Origin: Octopus sinensis
Lineage: Eukaryota
Direction: 5' to 3'
Length of the DNA stretch: 64,000 nucleotides
Assembly: GCF_006345805.1 (NCBI RefSeq)
Contig: NC_043001.1
Span: 19,282,001-19,346,000 of the forward strand
Both the position numbers and the translations under genes were made by a program. The notes under the pieces are model-generated. The model was not told the DNA's origin, did not search any database, and worked only from the letters and a program-made list of their open reading frames with translations. Below are positions 38,241 through 50,645 of this stretch, in pieces. Every line of letters begins with the position of its first letter. The stretch's first letter is position 1.

Positions 38241-38892
38241 AATATTTATTCCTTGATTCGCAATATAAACATTTCTTTCTTCTGGGCGAATCAGCAGCCT
38301 AGGAGCTTATCAGCAGTAGTCAAGTGGAGTGAGTCAATATTGCCCGTTCAAGCATAGCGGAGAGGCGCCACGAGGTAGCAGCTTGAGAGAGCTGCTGGAC
38401 ACATGTCTGTCTTGTTCAGCTGCTAGCGTCAAAGAGAGAGATACAGGAGAATTTCACTGCTGCTAGTTTTCTGTGCATGCGCATGAGAGAAATTCCGGAT
38501 GGCCTTCCGGAAGATTGCAACCCTGCGCATGCATGCTGGAGATTTCCAAGACGACCTCTCTACAAGCTTTTGTGCACATTGGAAGGCAAACATAATAATA
38601 CAAAACCCTTCCATAGTTAATCAAACATATATGAGTACCATCTGTTAATCTCATACACTATCCAGATGTATGAACAGGACATGTAAACTCACAAATGGGC
38701 AGCGAAACAAATATATTTGTGAGAGAACATATAGAAAATACAATTACAAATCAGAATAGGAAGATAAATTTCAAGTGATAGCAATAAAGGTTTGTGTGAG
38801 GCTTAAGGAATATGTGCTAGAGTTTACCTGAAGCCATATTGTAAAGGCTGAGTCAATAACTAGGGTCAAGTGGTGACACATAGTTGATTAGG

Positions 38893-39122
38893 CAGCAACC
38901 TGGCAGAAACGTTAGCACGCCGGGCGAAATGCGTAGCCGTATTTCGTCTGCCGCTACGTTCTGAGTTCAAATTCCGCTGAGGTCGACTTTGCCTTTCATC
39001 CTTTCGGGGTCGATAAATTAAGTACCAGTTACGTACTGAGGTCGATATAATCGACTTAATCCGTTTGTCTGTCCTTGTTTGTCCCTCTGTGTTTAACCCC
39101 TTGTGGGTAGTAAATAAATAGG
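38893..39122 (+). mobile_element. SINE family B
   Basis: ggcagaaacgttagcacgccgggcgaaatg...gtgggtagtaaataaatagg. Confidence 0.9.
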
Positions 39123-39540
39123 TTAGTGTTGTGGTCAGTAGTCACACACATCAAACTAAATTGTTCTGGCCACCATTCACTGCATTCATTTCTGTCCCTA
39201 TATCTGACCATCTCTCACTATTTTATATACTTGCAAACCAACCCAACCAGCTAACCCTTCAACCTCTGTCCCCTGTTTTCTTGGAGTTATAATAATACTT
39301 CATTGAATAAACAACATCATCAGTTATGTTAATACTTGATCTCGAAGAATATTTACATTATTTTGATAACAACCTCATTAAATTTATAATTAAACATTAT
39401 ATTTAGTATTCAGATTGTATCAAAATTGTTTTGATCCCACTTCTAGTTGAAATTTCATCATCATCATCATCATCATCATTTAATATTAGTGGCATGGGTT
39501 GGAGGGTATGCTAGGACCAGAGGATTGCATTAACCTCTAA

Positions 39541-39832
39541 TGTGGAGGCACATGGCCTAGTGGTTAGAGCAGCAGACTTGCGGTCGAGGGATCGCAGGTT
39601 CGAATCTCAGACCAGGCGATGTGTGTGTTTATGAGCGAAGCACCTAAGCTCCACGCGGCTCCGGCAGAAGGTAATGGCAAACTTCTGCTGACTCTTTCGC
39701 CATAACTTTCTCTCACTCTTTCCTCCTGCAGCTTGCAGCTCACCTGTGACAGACCAGCGTCCCGTCCAGGTGGGGAACCGGGAAACTGGCCCTTATGAGC
39801 CAGGCATGGCTCGTGAAGGAACAAACAACAAA
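39541..39832 (+). mobile_element. SINE family C (short subfamily)
   Basis: gtggaggcacatggcctagtggttagagcagc...ggttcgaatctc head with A and B boxes. Confidence 0.8.
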
Positions 39833-40574
39833 TTGACCTCTAATGTCTACTTTGCCCTTCCTAATGCCAACCACTCTACAGAGAGAACTGAATGTTTTTT
39901 TTCATAGTACTGGCACAAGTGAGGTCACCAAAACATTCTCATGGCAAGACACCTCAGCCGAGTGGGAGTGAATTATTAAGGGAGGCAGCTTCGTGCCAGA
40001 CACTGAGAAGCTAAAATATGATAGAAGAACTGGAACAGATGTTTTACTGTAGGGAAGATACATGGCTGCCCCAGATGAAAAGGGAGAATGGATGGTGGAG
40101 ATGAGGTGTCTTCTTGGCTTATCCTCAAGGTGCGTGAAATTGAGTAAAGAGAGAGAATAGGGACAGAGAACCAAGGCTAGCTGGATGGGTAGGTTTGTGA
40201 GAGCGAGGGAACAAAGGTGAATGCAGTGGGGGCAAGGTGAATGAGTAGTGGCTTGGGGAATTATTATTATATATATATTTTTGTTTTCTATGAGGTGTTT
40301 TAAAGTGATGTCCATTGGAGACAAATGCTTAAGTCTAATGCTTATCTAACTTAAACACAATATTACACTTTTCATACATGCTTCGACTCATTAAGAATTT
40401 AGCATCAAGAAGTTTAGAGTTGAGTAATTGATGTAAGTGGATTTGCAAAACACTTTTACTTCACTTATGCTCAGTCTTTCATGCCAGTGGTTAGAATATT
40501 TGGTAACTCTCAGTGGTTAGACTCAGTTAGTTAACTAGAGATGTCAGGTTCAAATTTTAGTTTAGCTCACAAAT

Positions 40575-40929
40575 ATCATCATGATCATCATCATCATCGT
40601 CGTCATCATCATCATCATCATTGTCATCATCATCGTCGTCATCGTCGTCGTCATCATCATCATCATCATCGTCATCATCATCATCATCATCATCGTCATC
40701 GTCATCGTCATCATCATCGTCGTCATCGTCATCATCATCGTCATCGTCATCGTCATCGTCATCATCATCGTCGTCGTCGTCGTCATTATCATCATCATCA
40801 TCATCATCGTCATCATCATCATCGTCGTCGTCATCGTCGTTGTCGTCATCATCATCATCGTCATCATCGTCATCATCATCTTCATCATCATCATCGTCGT
40901 CGTCATCATCGTCATCATCATCGCCGCCG

Positions 40930-40960
<31 letters not shown>

Positions 40961-40962
40961 TA
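40575..40962. repeat. (CAT/CGT)n trinucleotide tract, ~390 bp
   Basis: Continuous in-phase CAT with interspersed CGT. Explains the poly-H, S, I and M/T ORFs. Confidence 0.95.
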
Positions 40963-41322
40963 TCTTAATCCTCATTTAATGTCCAACTTTCCGTGCTGGC
41001 ATGGGTTTGATGATTTGACAGGAGCTGGCTAGGCAGGCAGAAGACTGCACCAGGCTTCAGTGTCTGTTTTTTTTTTAATTTTTGTTTTTGTTTGTTATGG
41101 CTGAATGCCCTTCCTAACACCAACCACCCCCACAGAGTGGACTCTGAAGGTAATTGGAGACAATACCAAATTAAACATTGTGTCAAACGAATTATATTAA
41201 AAACGAGTTTTACATTTCATTTCAGCAGAAACCATCAGCGGTTATTTTGCTCCAAGAACTAAAACGTAACCAATTCACATCTCTAAATGAAGAGAAAAAA
41301 CTATTGAAATACAGTTGAGTAG

Positions 41323-41503
41323 TGACAATGGCAACATCTACATCTCCTGGCTTGGACACATCTACGCCGGAATTAACTACTACCCCAAAAACTACGGAAT
41401 CAAAGCCATTGGTTGTACCCCTTGTGTTGAGTCTATGTGTGGTTTTCCTACTACTGTTAGCTGCTGCTTACTTTTTTTGGCGATGGAAAACAGGCAGAAG
41501 AGT
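41323..41503 (+). CDS. Exon: Ser/Thr-rich stalk plus transmembrane helix of a type I membrane protein (5' boundary uncertain)
   Basis: TMATSTSPGLDTSTPELTTTPKTTESKPLVVPLVLSLCVVFLLLLAAAYFFWRWKTGRR, then GT|gtaagc donor (phase 2). The stronger acceptor at 41225 is in the same frame but has an in-frame TGA at 41316-41318. Confidence 0.6.
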
Positions 41504-41566
41504 GTAAGCTATCAAAATTTGCTATTTTCTTTGTTTCTCCTATTCATACAAAAAGATTTTGATTTT

Positions 41567-42972
41567 AATTTAAATGTGATTTGCAGAGATGTACTTGCAT
41601 AGCAAGTGACCTGACCTGAGATCGTGTGCTGAAACAAAAACAATTGCAGCATGGAAGGTGTTTATAAGCCATTTGAAAAACTGTTAGATTCACTTCAACA
41701 TTTAAATTTTAATTTGTCAAAATATTTTCATCGCTTTGAAACCGTGATCCGTTCGCTGACAAAATCCAATTTAAATGTGATTTGCAGAGATGTACTTGCA
41801 TAGCAAGTGACCTGACCTGAGATCGTGTGCTGAAACAAAAACAATTGCAGCATGGAAAGTGTTTATAAGCCATTTGAAAAACTGTTAGATTCACTTCAAC
41901 ATTTAAATTTTAATTTGTCAAAATATTTTCATCGCTTTGAAACCGTGATCCGTTCGCTGACAAAATCCAATTTAAATGTGATTTGCAGAGATGTACTTGC
42001 ATAGCAAGTGACCTGACCTGAGATCGTGTGCTGAAACAAAAACAATTGCAGCATGGAAAGTGTTTATAAGCCATTTGAAAAACTGTTAGATTCACTTCAA
42101 CATTTAAATTTTAATTTGTCAAAATATTTTCATCGCTTTGAAACCGTGATCCGTTCGCTGACAAAATCCAATTTAAATGTGATTTGCAGAGATGTACTTG
42201 CATAGCAAGTGACCTGACCTGAGATCGTGTGCTGAAACAAAAACAATTGCAGCATGGAAAGTGTTTATAAGCCATTTGAAAAACTGTTAGATTCACTTCA
42301 ACATTTAAATTTTAATTTGTCAAAATATTTTCATCGCTTTGAAACCGTGATCCGTTCGCTGACAAAATCCAATTTAAATGTGATTTGCAGAGATGTACTT
42401 GCATAGCAAGTGACCTGACCTGAGATCGTGTGCTGAAACAAAAACAATTGCAGCATGGAAAGTGTTTATAAGCCATTTGAAAAACTGTTAGATTCACTTC
42501 AACATTTAAATTTTAATTTGTCAAAATATTTTCATCGCTTTGAAACCGTGATCCGTTCGCTGACAAAATCCAATTTAAATGTGATTTGCAGAGATGTACT
42601 TGCATAGCAAGTGACTTGATCTGAGATCCTGTGCTGAAACAAAAACAATTGCAGCATGGAAGGTGTTTATAAGCCATTTGAAAAACTGTTAGATTCACTT
42701 CAACATTTAAATTTAATTTGTCAAAATATTTTCATCGCTTTGAAACCGTGATCCGTTCACTGACAAAATCCAATTTAAATGTGATTTGCAGAGATGTACT
42801 TGCATAGCAAGTGACTTGATCTGAGATCCTGTGCTGAAACAAAAACAATTGAAGCATGGAAGGTGTTTATAAGCCATTTGAAAAACTGTTAGATTCACTT
42901 CAACATTTAAATTTAAATTTGTCAAAATATTTTCATCGCTTTGAAACCGTGACCTGTTCACTGACAAAATCC
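41567..42972. repeat. Tandem repeat, 201-bp unit x7
   Basis: aatttaaatgtgatttgcagag recurs at 41567, 41768, 41969, 42170, 42371, 42572 and ~42772. Explains the repeated 61-aa ORFs. Confidence 0.97.
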
Positions 42973-43048
42973 CATGTGACATGGAATTTTATCAGTGAAC
43001 AGGTCACGGTTTCAAAGCAACAAAAATATTTTGACAAATTAAATTTAA

Positions 43049-43271
43049 CCCTTTCGTTACCAAGTCAGTTGAAACCACCTCTAGCTCTGTAGTACAAATG
43101 TCTTGTTTTCATAAGTTTTGAATTAAAATCTTCCACCAAACCTTAGTCACAATTTATGTTATTACACTAGCTGAATGATAACTAAATTATTTCACTAAAT
43201 TCTTTGTTATATTTAAAGTAATTGAAAAAAGAAACACAGAACATCTCAACAGAAATATAGTAACGAAATGG
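43049..43271. mobile_element. piggyBac-like MITE
   Basis: TTAA|ccctttcgttac ... gtaacgaaatgg|TTAA. Confidence 0.7.
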
Positions 43272-43629
43272 TTAAATATGATTAATTTAGTAATACAATT
43301 ACTTTAGTAAAAGTAGCTTCAGGTTGGTTGGTACAAAAAAGGTTAACTAATAAAATGTTATTGTAGGCATAGGCATGGCTGTGTAATAAAGAAGCTTCTC
43401 TTGCAACCTTGGTTTCAGGTTCAGTCCTAATGCACAGCACTTTGGTGTCTTCTCCTATAGCCCTGAGCTGACTACTGTATAGAGAGTGAATTTGGTAGAC
43501 AAAAACTGTATGGAAGACTGTCATATGTGTGCATGTATATGTATGTATATAAGGCGGTAAGCTTGTAGAAACGTTAGTGCGCTGGGTGAAATGCTTAACG
43601 GTATTTCACCTGTGTTTATGCTTTAGAGA

Positions 43630-43790
43630 TAGGAGTGGCTGTGTGGTAAGTAGCTTGCTTACAAACAACATGGTTCCGGGTTCAGTCCCACTGCGTGGCA
43701 CCTTGGGCAAGTGTCTTCTACTATAATCTCAAACTGACCAAAGCCTTGTGAGTGGATTTGGTAGATGGAAACTGAAAGAAGCCCGTTGTA

Positions 43791-43837
<47 letters not shown>

Positions 43838-44050
43838 ATAAGTTTGCGTGTCTGTGTTTGTACCCCCAACATTGCTTGACAACCAATGCCGGTGTGTTTA
43901 CATCCCCGTCACTAAGCTGTTTGGCAAAAGAGACCGATGAAATAAGTACTAGGCTTACAAAGATTAAGTCCTGGAGACAATTTGTCTGACTAAAAGGCGG
44001 TGCTCCAGCATGGCCACAGTCAAATGACTGAAACAAGTAAACGAGTAAAT
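43630..44050 (+). mobile_element. SINE family A, preceded by A- and B-family head fragments at 43370-43620
   Basis: Head-to-tail match to family A. Confidence 0.85.
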
Positions 44051-44109
44051 GAGTAAATGTGTGTGTATGTATGTGTGTGTGTGTGTGTGTGTGTCTCTCT
44101 CTCTCTCTG

Positions 44110-44319
44110 TTATTCTTTTACTTGCTTCAGTCATTAGATTGCGGCCATGCTGGAGCTCCACCTTGAAGGGTTTTTAGTTGAACTAATCAACCTCATTACT
44201 TATTTTTTAAAGCCTGGTACTTATTCAATCATTCGCTTTTGTTGAACCGCTAAGTTACCGGGTCGTAAACACACTAACACTGGTTGTTAAGCAGTGGTGG
44301 AGGACAAACACAGATATGA

Positions 44320-44357
<38 letters not shown>

Positions 44358-45306
44358 GTTTCTTTATTAGCCACACAGGGCTGCACACAGATAGAACAAA
44401 TTACAAGGTAGAGCTTTTCTTTTGGAGGTAAAAAAAAAATAAATAAAATAAAAATAAAAATTTTTAAAAAAAAGGGGGGGGTCGATCAAAAGGGATCGTA
44501 AAAGGAGAGAAAGAGGACAAAAAAAGGGGGGGGTTAAAAAAAAAAAGGGGGAGAGGAAAAAAATTGATCAATAGGGATCGTTATCACAGAAATGTCAATA
44601 TGAAGTGTAAAGGGGAGGACAGGTGAGGTTTACCCATGGAAAGAAAACCCTACGGAAAAGACCACGGTAACCTCGGTCAATGAAGTCACATGTTATATTT
44701 CTTTTTTTTTTTTTTTGCAAATAAGCAACTCTCTGTATTAATTTTTACGGTTCATAGAATCATAGTCAAGGTGGCTTCGTCATTCATACGTGCCATCCTT
44801 GCTACATTCACCCATCTTTTTTTAAAACATTCACTAGACAAAACTTGCCTCTCTACTCTCACTTTTTTCTTCAAGTGATACTTGAAGAAGTTGATGAGAG
44901 ATTGACCAGAGAGGAAAGTGTTTGTCTCTAATCCTTTCAGACGCGTCCACCAGATACATTCTTTCGCCATAGCCACAAGTATGATAAAAATAGCGCTTCC
45001 TTCCCGTTTGAAGGAAGGAGGCGTGACGATATTAACGATAGACTCGGCTGATAAACCGACACATCCCACACGTGACAGCAGTCGTTCGACATAAGCCCAC
45101 AGGTGGGAAATTGCCGGACACTGCACGATTGCGTGCAGAGCGGTTTCGTCGCTCTGCCCGCATCTCGGGCAGGTCGGCCTGGTGTTTCTCGAGCCATGCC
45201 TATAGAGCTTATCCCGAACGGGTAGTGCTTCTCGGTAGCACCGCCAGGCCAGGGATCTCTGGAAGTTGTCCATAGGTCCCGGGCCGAAAGTCGTTTGAAA
45301 CAGGCG

Positions 45307-45393
<87 letters not shown>

Positions 45394-45530
45394 CAATGGG
45401 CTTCTTTCAGTTTCCATGTACCAAATCTACTCACAAGGCTTTGGTTGCCCCAAGGTTATAGTAAAAGGCACTTGCCCAAGGTGCCATGCAGTGGGAATGA
45501 ACCTGGGAATGAACCAAACTTCTTACTTCG
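44110..45530 (-). mobile_element. SINE family A split by a Tx1-like insertion
   Basis: 3' half at 44110-44330 and 5' half at 45395-45530, in colinear order. Confidence 0.8.
44359..45307 (-). mobile_element. 5'-truncated Tx1/L1-clade LINE (ORF2 C-terminus with CCHC zinc knuckle plus 3' UTR)
   Basis: LAWRCYREALPVRDKL...CPRCGQSDETALHAIVQC...WAYV...IW is a zf-RVT pattern with an open frame to the stop at 44752. The 3' UTR ends AATAAAGAA. Confidence 0.85.
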
Positions 45531-46029
45531 CAGCCATGTATGTATGTGTGTGTGGATGGATGGATGGATGGATGTGAGTGTATCTTTGTGCTTGTGTTCC
45601 CCCCCCCCCAACTAAGCACTCAGCATGATGATTGGTGTTGGTTTGCTTACATCCACCTAACTTAGCAGTTTGGCAGAAACAGACCAACAGGAAAAGCACC
45701 AGGCTTAAGGATAAGTATTTGGGGTATTTTGTTCCACTAAGCCCTTGAAAGTGGTGCCCCAGCATGGCTGCAGTTCAATGATTGAAATAAGTAAAAGTTA
45801 AAAGATAATTAATATCTTCCATGTCATTCATGTCATTAAAGAAAAAACCAATAACTTTTGTTGGTGATTGGACCAACCAATGACAAGAAATTTTAAGAAC
45901 TTTTTAATAAGTAAACAAAAGAGCGTTCATTAAACATGTGAATTGTAGTCATCTTTTCCTTCATAATTCCTTAATTTCAATTTCAAATTTCTGATCCTAC
46001 AACATATGACAAAATAATTATCTCCCTTA

Positions 46030-46260
46030 TTTCTTTACTGCCCACAAGGGGCTAAACACAGAGGGGACAAACAAGGACAGACAAACGGATTAAGTCGATT
46101 ATATTGACCCCAGTGCGTAACTGGTACTTATTTAATCGACCCCGAAAGGATGAAAGGCAAAGTCGACCTAGGCGGCGTTTGAACTCAGAATGTAAATGCA
46201 GACAAAATACCGCTAAGCATTTCACCTGGTATGCTAGCGTTTCTGCCAGCTCGCCACCTT
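46030..46260 (-). mobile_element. SINE family B
   Basis: Reverse complement of the family-B sequence. Confidence 0.9.
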
Positions 46261-46491
46261 AATGATCATCTCCCTTGTAATAGTTGTGACCACCAGGGAA
46301 ACCACATGTGAGTGAAAGTATAATGACCTAGATATGGAAAACAAGGGATTTTTTCAGCCCCGTTTTCTTATAAGTTTTGCTTTCAAACTTAAAAAACTTA
46401 AAGTATTTAATATTTTTCATTTTACCATTTTATTTGATTTTTCAAGTATGTTTGTCATAGCCTGTAATTGTATCTTATTTGTGTTCCACAG

Positions 46492-46588
46492 ATTTCCTTT
46501 TCCCACAACCTGCAAAGCCAGACCTATAAGGAAAGTATCCATAGAAATTCCTGACTGTGAACTCTATTCAGAAATTGTGGATAGAAAA
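46492..46588 (+). CDS. Exon: juxtamembrane cytoplasmic segment with a YxxI motif
   Basis: ttccacag|A TTT CCT...AGA AAA|gtaaat, 97 bp, phase 2 to phase 0. Joined to the 41503 donor it gives V-FPFPTTCKARPIRKVSIEIPDCELYSEIVDRK. Confidence 0.6.
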
Positions 46589-46691
46589 GTAAATAATTAC
46601 TATTTTATCTTTCTTTTTTCCAAATTATCTTTTCTTTCACACACACACACACACAAGCATGCATGCATGCCCTGCCCCATACACACACACT

Positions 46692-47076
46692 GTGGAGGCG
46701 CAATGGCCCAGTGGTTAGGGCAGCGGACTCGCAGTCGTAGGATCGCGGTTTCGATTTCCAGACCGGGCGTTGTGAGTGTTTATTGAGCGAAAACACCTAA
46801 AAGCTCCGCGAGGCTCCGGCAGGGGGTGGTGGTGATCCCTGCTGTACTCTTTCACCACAACTTTCTCTCACTCTTACTTCCTGTTTCTGTTGTACCTGTA
46901 TTTTCAAAGGGCCGGCCTTGTCACTCTCTGTGTCACACTGAATATCCCCGAGAACTACGTTAAGGGTACACGTGTCTGTGGAGTGCTCAGCCACTTACAC
47001 GTTAATTTCACGAGCAGGCTGTTCCGTTGATTGGATCAACCGGAACCCTCGTCGTCGTAACCGACGGAGTGCTTCC
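46692..47076 (+). mobile_element. SINE family C, full length
   Basis: Near-identical to 16305-16688. Flanked on both sides by cacacacacactgt. Confidence 0.9.
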
Positions 47077-47611
47077 ATCCACACACACACACACTGTCAT
47101 TTGGTGATTTATCCAGTGTACCCTGAATGTTTTCTTTTTCTTCCATTGATGGCTTCCATTTCTTCTTGTCACTCTCTGTCAGGGATGGCTGTCAGGGATG
47201 GACTGAGCTGTCAGTCAAACGAGCACTACCCGAGGACCTGGAGCTCTGAGGGGCTTGCACTCTACATGCTAGCTCTCTTTCATATCATGCTAAGGGGCCT
47301 AGTGAACAGTTATGCTAGATGGGCCTTAATACTGTCAGTCTGCCCCTGCTTTCTGTCCTCTCTTTTACTCTTTTCTGACAGGACCTGCAAGGTCATGGGC
47401 TGTTTATCTTGATATGAGATCACCATGTCGCGCACATATGGTTGTGATGCATGTGCCTGGTGTACCCTTATCAGACGGGTAGTCATGATGGGTATATTGG
47501 GCTTCGTATATTTTACCCCAGTGTCACTTTGATGGCATGCACTGCTCTCTCACTCAATAATAATATCAAAAAATTCCTTAGGAATGAGAACCTAGGTTCA
47601 AAATTTCCCCA

Positions 47612-47657
47612 GGCACCTGATGAAGGCTGGAGGGTATATCAACCGAAACGTTGTGTT
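47612..47657 (+). ncRNA. Minimal hammerhead motif in a Penelope-like terminal repeat (~47410-47710)
   Basis: GGCAC-CTGATGA-A-GGCTGgagggtatatCAACC-GAAA-CG-TT-GTGTT. Core is intact, with one extra A and one stem II mismatch. Confidence 0.6.
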
Positions 47658-47744
47658 AACAACAAATAAGATGAGGACAATTATCCATCAAATGTAAATA
47701 ATGTAAATAATGGACCGTTAAGATAATCTGGTACTCGACAACTC

Positions 47745-47971
47745 TTTTTACTCTTTTACTCTTTTACTTGTTTCAGTCATTTGACTGTGGCCATGCTGGA
47801 GCACCGCCTTTAGTCGATCAAATCGACCCCGGGACTTATTCTTTGTAAGCCCAGTGCTTATTCTATCGGTCTCTTTTGCTGAACCGCTAAGTGACAGGGA
47901 CGTAAACACACCAGCATCGGTTGTGAAGCAATGCTAGGGGGACGAACACAGACACACAAACACACACACAT

Positions 47972-48019
<48 letters not shown>

Positions 48020-48175
48020 GACAGGCTTCTTTCAGTTTCCGTTTACCAAATCCACTCACAAGGCATTGGTCGGCCCGGGGCTATAGCAGAAGACACTTGG
48101 CCAAGATGCCACGCAGTGGGACTGAACCCGGAACCATGTGGTTGGTTAGCAAGCTACTTACCACACAGCCACTCA
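47745..48175 (-). mobile_element. SINE family A
   Basis: Reverse complement of a full family-A copy. Confidence 0.9.
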
Positions 48176-48296
48176 GAAAGCTCTGGATGACCCGTCCTTG
48201 TTTTTTCCTGTCCTTCTTTGTATCGTCTGTCTGGACGTTTTATTGTCATCTGTTACGTTCTTGTTCCATTTTCGTTTTCTTTTTCTTTTTTATATA

Positions 48297-48940
48297 TACT
48301 GGAGTGACTGTGTGGTAAGTAGCTTGCTTACCAACCACATGGTTCTGGGTTCAGTCCCACTGTGTGGCACCTTGTGCAAGTGTCTTCTACTGTAGTTCAA
48401 ATTCCACCGAGGTCGACTTTGCTTTTCATCCTTTCGAGGTCGATTAAATAAGTACCAGTTTCGCACTGGGGTCGACATAATCGACTTAATCCGTTTGTCT
48501 ATCCATGTTTGTCCCCTCTGTGTGTAGTCCCCTCTGTGTGTAGTCAATAAAGAAATAAGTAGCTTGCTTACCAACCACATGGTTCTGGGTTCAGTCCCAC
48601 TGTTTGGCACCTTGGGCAAGTGGCTTCTACTAAACCTCAGGCCGACCAAAGCCTTGTAAGTGGATTTGGTAGCAACTGAAAGAAGCCCATCGTATATATG
48701 TATATGTATATGTGTGTGTGTGTGTGTGTTTGTGTGTCTGTGTTTGACACCTCCCCCAACATCGCTTGACAACCAATGGTAGTGTGTTTACATCTCCGTA
48801 ACTTAGCAGTTCAGCAAAAGAGACCGATAGAATAAGTACCTGGCTTACAAAGAATAAGTCCTGGGGTCGATTTGCTCGACTAAAGGTGGTGCTCCAGTAT
48901 GGCCGCAGTCAAATGATTGAAACAAGTAAGAGAGAGTATA
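48297..48940 (+). mobile_element. Composite SINE A carrying a SINE B body
   Basis: A head, B body (48395-48556), repeated A head, then A body and tail. Confidence 0.85.
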
Positions 48941-48974
48941 TAAGTCCAAAAGTGTATGTATACTGCTATATACT

Positions 48975-49615
48975 CTTTACTCTCTTTTACGTGTTTCAGT
49001 CATTTGACTGCGGCCATGCTGGAGTACCGCCTTTAGTCGAGCAAATCGACCCCAGGGCTTAGTCATTGTAAGCCTAGTACTTATTCTATCAGACTCTTTT
49101 TGCCAAACCGCTAAGTTAAGAGGACCTAAACACACCAGTATCGGTTGTCAAGCGATGTTGGAGGGACAAATATAGACACACAAACATATATACATATATA
49201 CGATGGGCTTCTTTCAACTTCCGTCTACCAAATCCACTCACAAGGCTTTGGTCGGCCTGAGACTATAGTAGAAGCCACTTGCCCAAGGTGCCACACAGTG
49301 GGACTGAACCCGGAACCATGTGGTTGGTAAGCAAGCTACTTATTTCTTTATTGACTACAGACAGAGGGGACTACACACAGAGGGGACAAACATGGATAGA
49401 CAAGCGGATTAAGTCGATTATGTCGACCCCAGTGTGAAACTGGTACTTATTTAATCGACCTCGAAAGGATGAAAAGCAAAGTCGACCTTGGCGGAATTTG
49501 AACTCAGAACATAGCGGCAGATGAAATACTGCTAAGCATTTCGCCCAGCACGCTAATGTTTCTGCTAGCTGCCAACGTTTCTGCAGGCTACTTACCACAC
49601 AGCTACTCCTGCACC
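48975..49615 (-). mobile_element. Composite SINE A carrying a full SINE B, inverted relative to 48297-48940
   Basis: The B copy (~49340-49575) sits in the A head between aagtagc repeats and shares diagnostic variants with the left composite. Confidence 0.85.
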
Positions 49616-49792
49616 TATATATATATAATCAGCCGAAATTGCGAGGATGATCCGGTTCTTGACTGAAGATTAGGGGCTTCGAATGACCCGTCGTTTTTTT
49701 GTGTTGTCTATTTGAATGTTTTGTTGCATTCTTGTCCCATTTTGTATTTTTATATATATTTTTTATATATTATATATATATATATATATTAT

Positions 49793-49839
<47 letters not shown>

Positions 49840-50023
49840 TATACACACACACATACACATATGTATACATATATATCATCATCATCATCATCATTGTTTA
49901 TAATCTGCCTTCCATACTGGCATGGGTATATGTATAATTGTCCCTAATTGTGACTGATAGTACAGGGTAGCAATTAGTGACAACTGAACTTTCTTTTGTG
50001 GTTTTATATTGCATATAGCCAGC

Positions 50024-50181
<158 letters not shown>

Positions 50182-50192
50182 CATATACACAC

Positions 50193-50560
50193 AGGCACAG
50201 GAGTGGGTGTGTGGTAAGTAGCTTGCTAACCAGCCACATGGTTCTGGGTTCAGTCCCACTGAGTGGTACCTTGGGCAAGTGTCTTCTTATATAACCTCGG
50301 GCCAACCAAGGCCTTGTGAGTGGATTTGGTAGGCAGAAACTGAAAGAAGCCCATCGTGTGTGTGTGTGTCTGTGTTTGTCCCCTCACCATTGCTTGACAA
50401 CTGATGTTGGTGTGTTTATGTCCTGTAACTTAGTGGTTCGGCAAAAGAAACCATTACAATAAGTACTAGGCTTACAAAGATTGAGTCCTGGGGTCGATTT
50501 GTTCGTCTAAAGGTGGTGCTCCAGCGTGGCCACAGTCAAATGACTGAAAAACTAAAATAA
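50193..50560 (+). mobile_element. SINE family A
   Basis: Head-to-tail match. Confidence 0.85.
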
Positions 50561-50608
50561 ATAAAAGAATATATACATGCACAAATGTATGTATATATTC
50601 TTTTATTT

Positions 50609-50645
<37 letters not shown>

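Noticed and set aside
39902-40324. 140-aa minus-strand ORF or Penelope RT-EN linker
   Set aside because: Only a faint PPL...LV.S resemblance in low-complexity, pyrimidine-rich sequence.
41709-42982. Repeated 61-aa Cys-containing ORFs
   Set aside because: They are a by-product of the 201-bp DNA repeat, with no splice or domain evidence.
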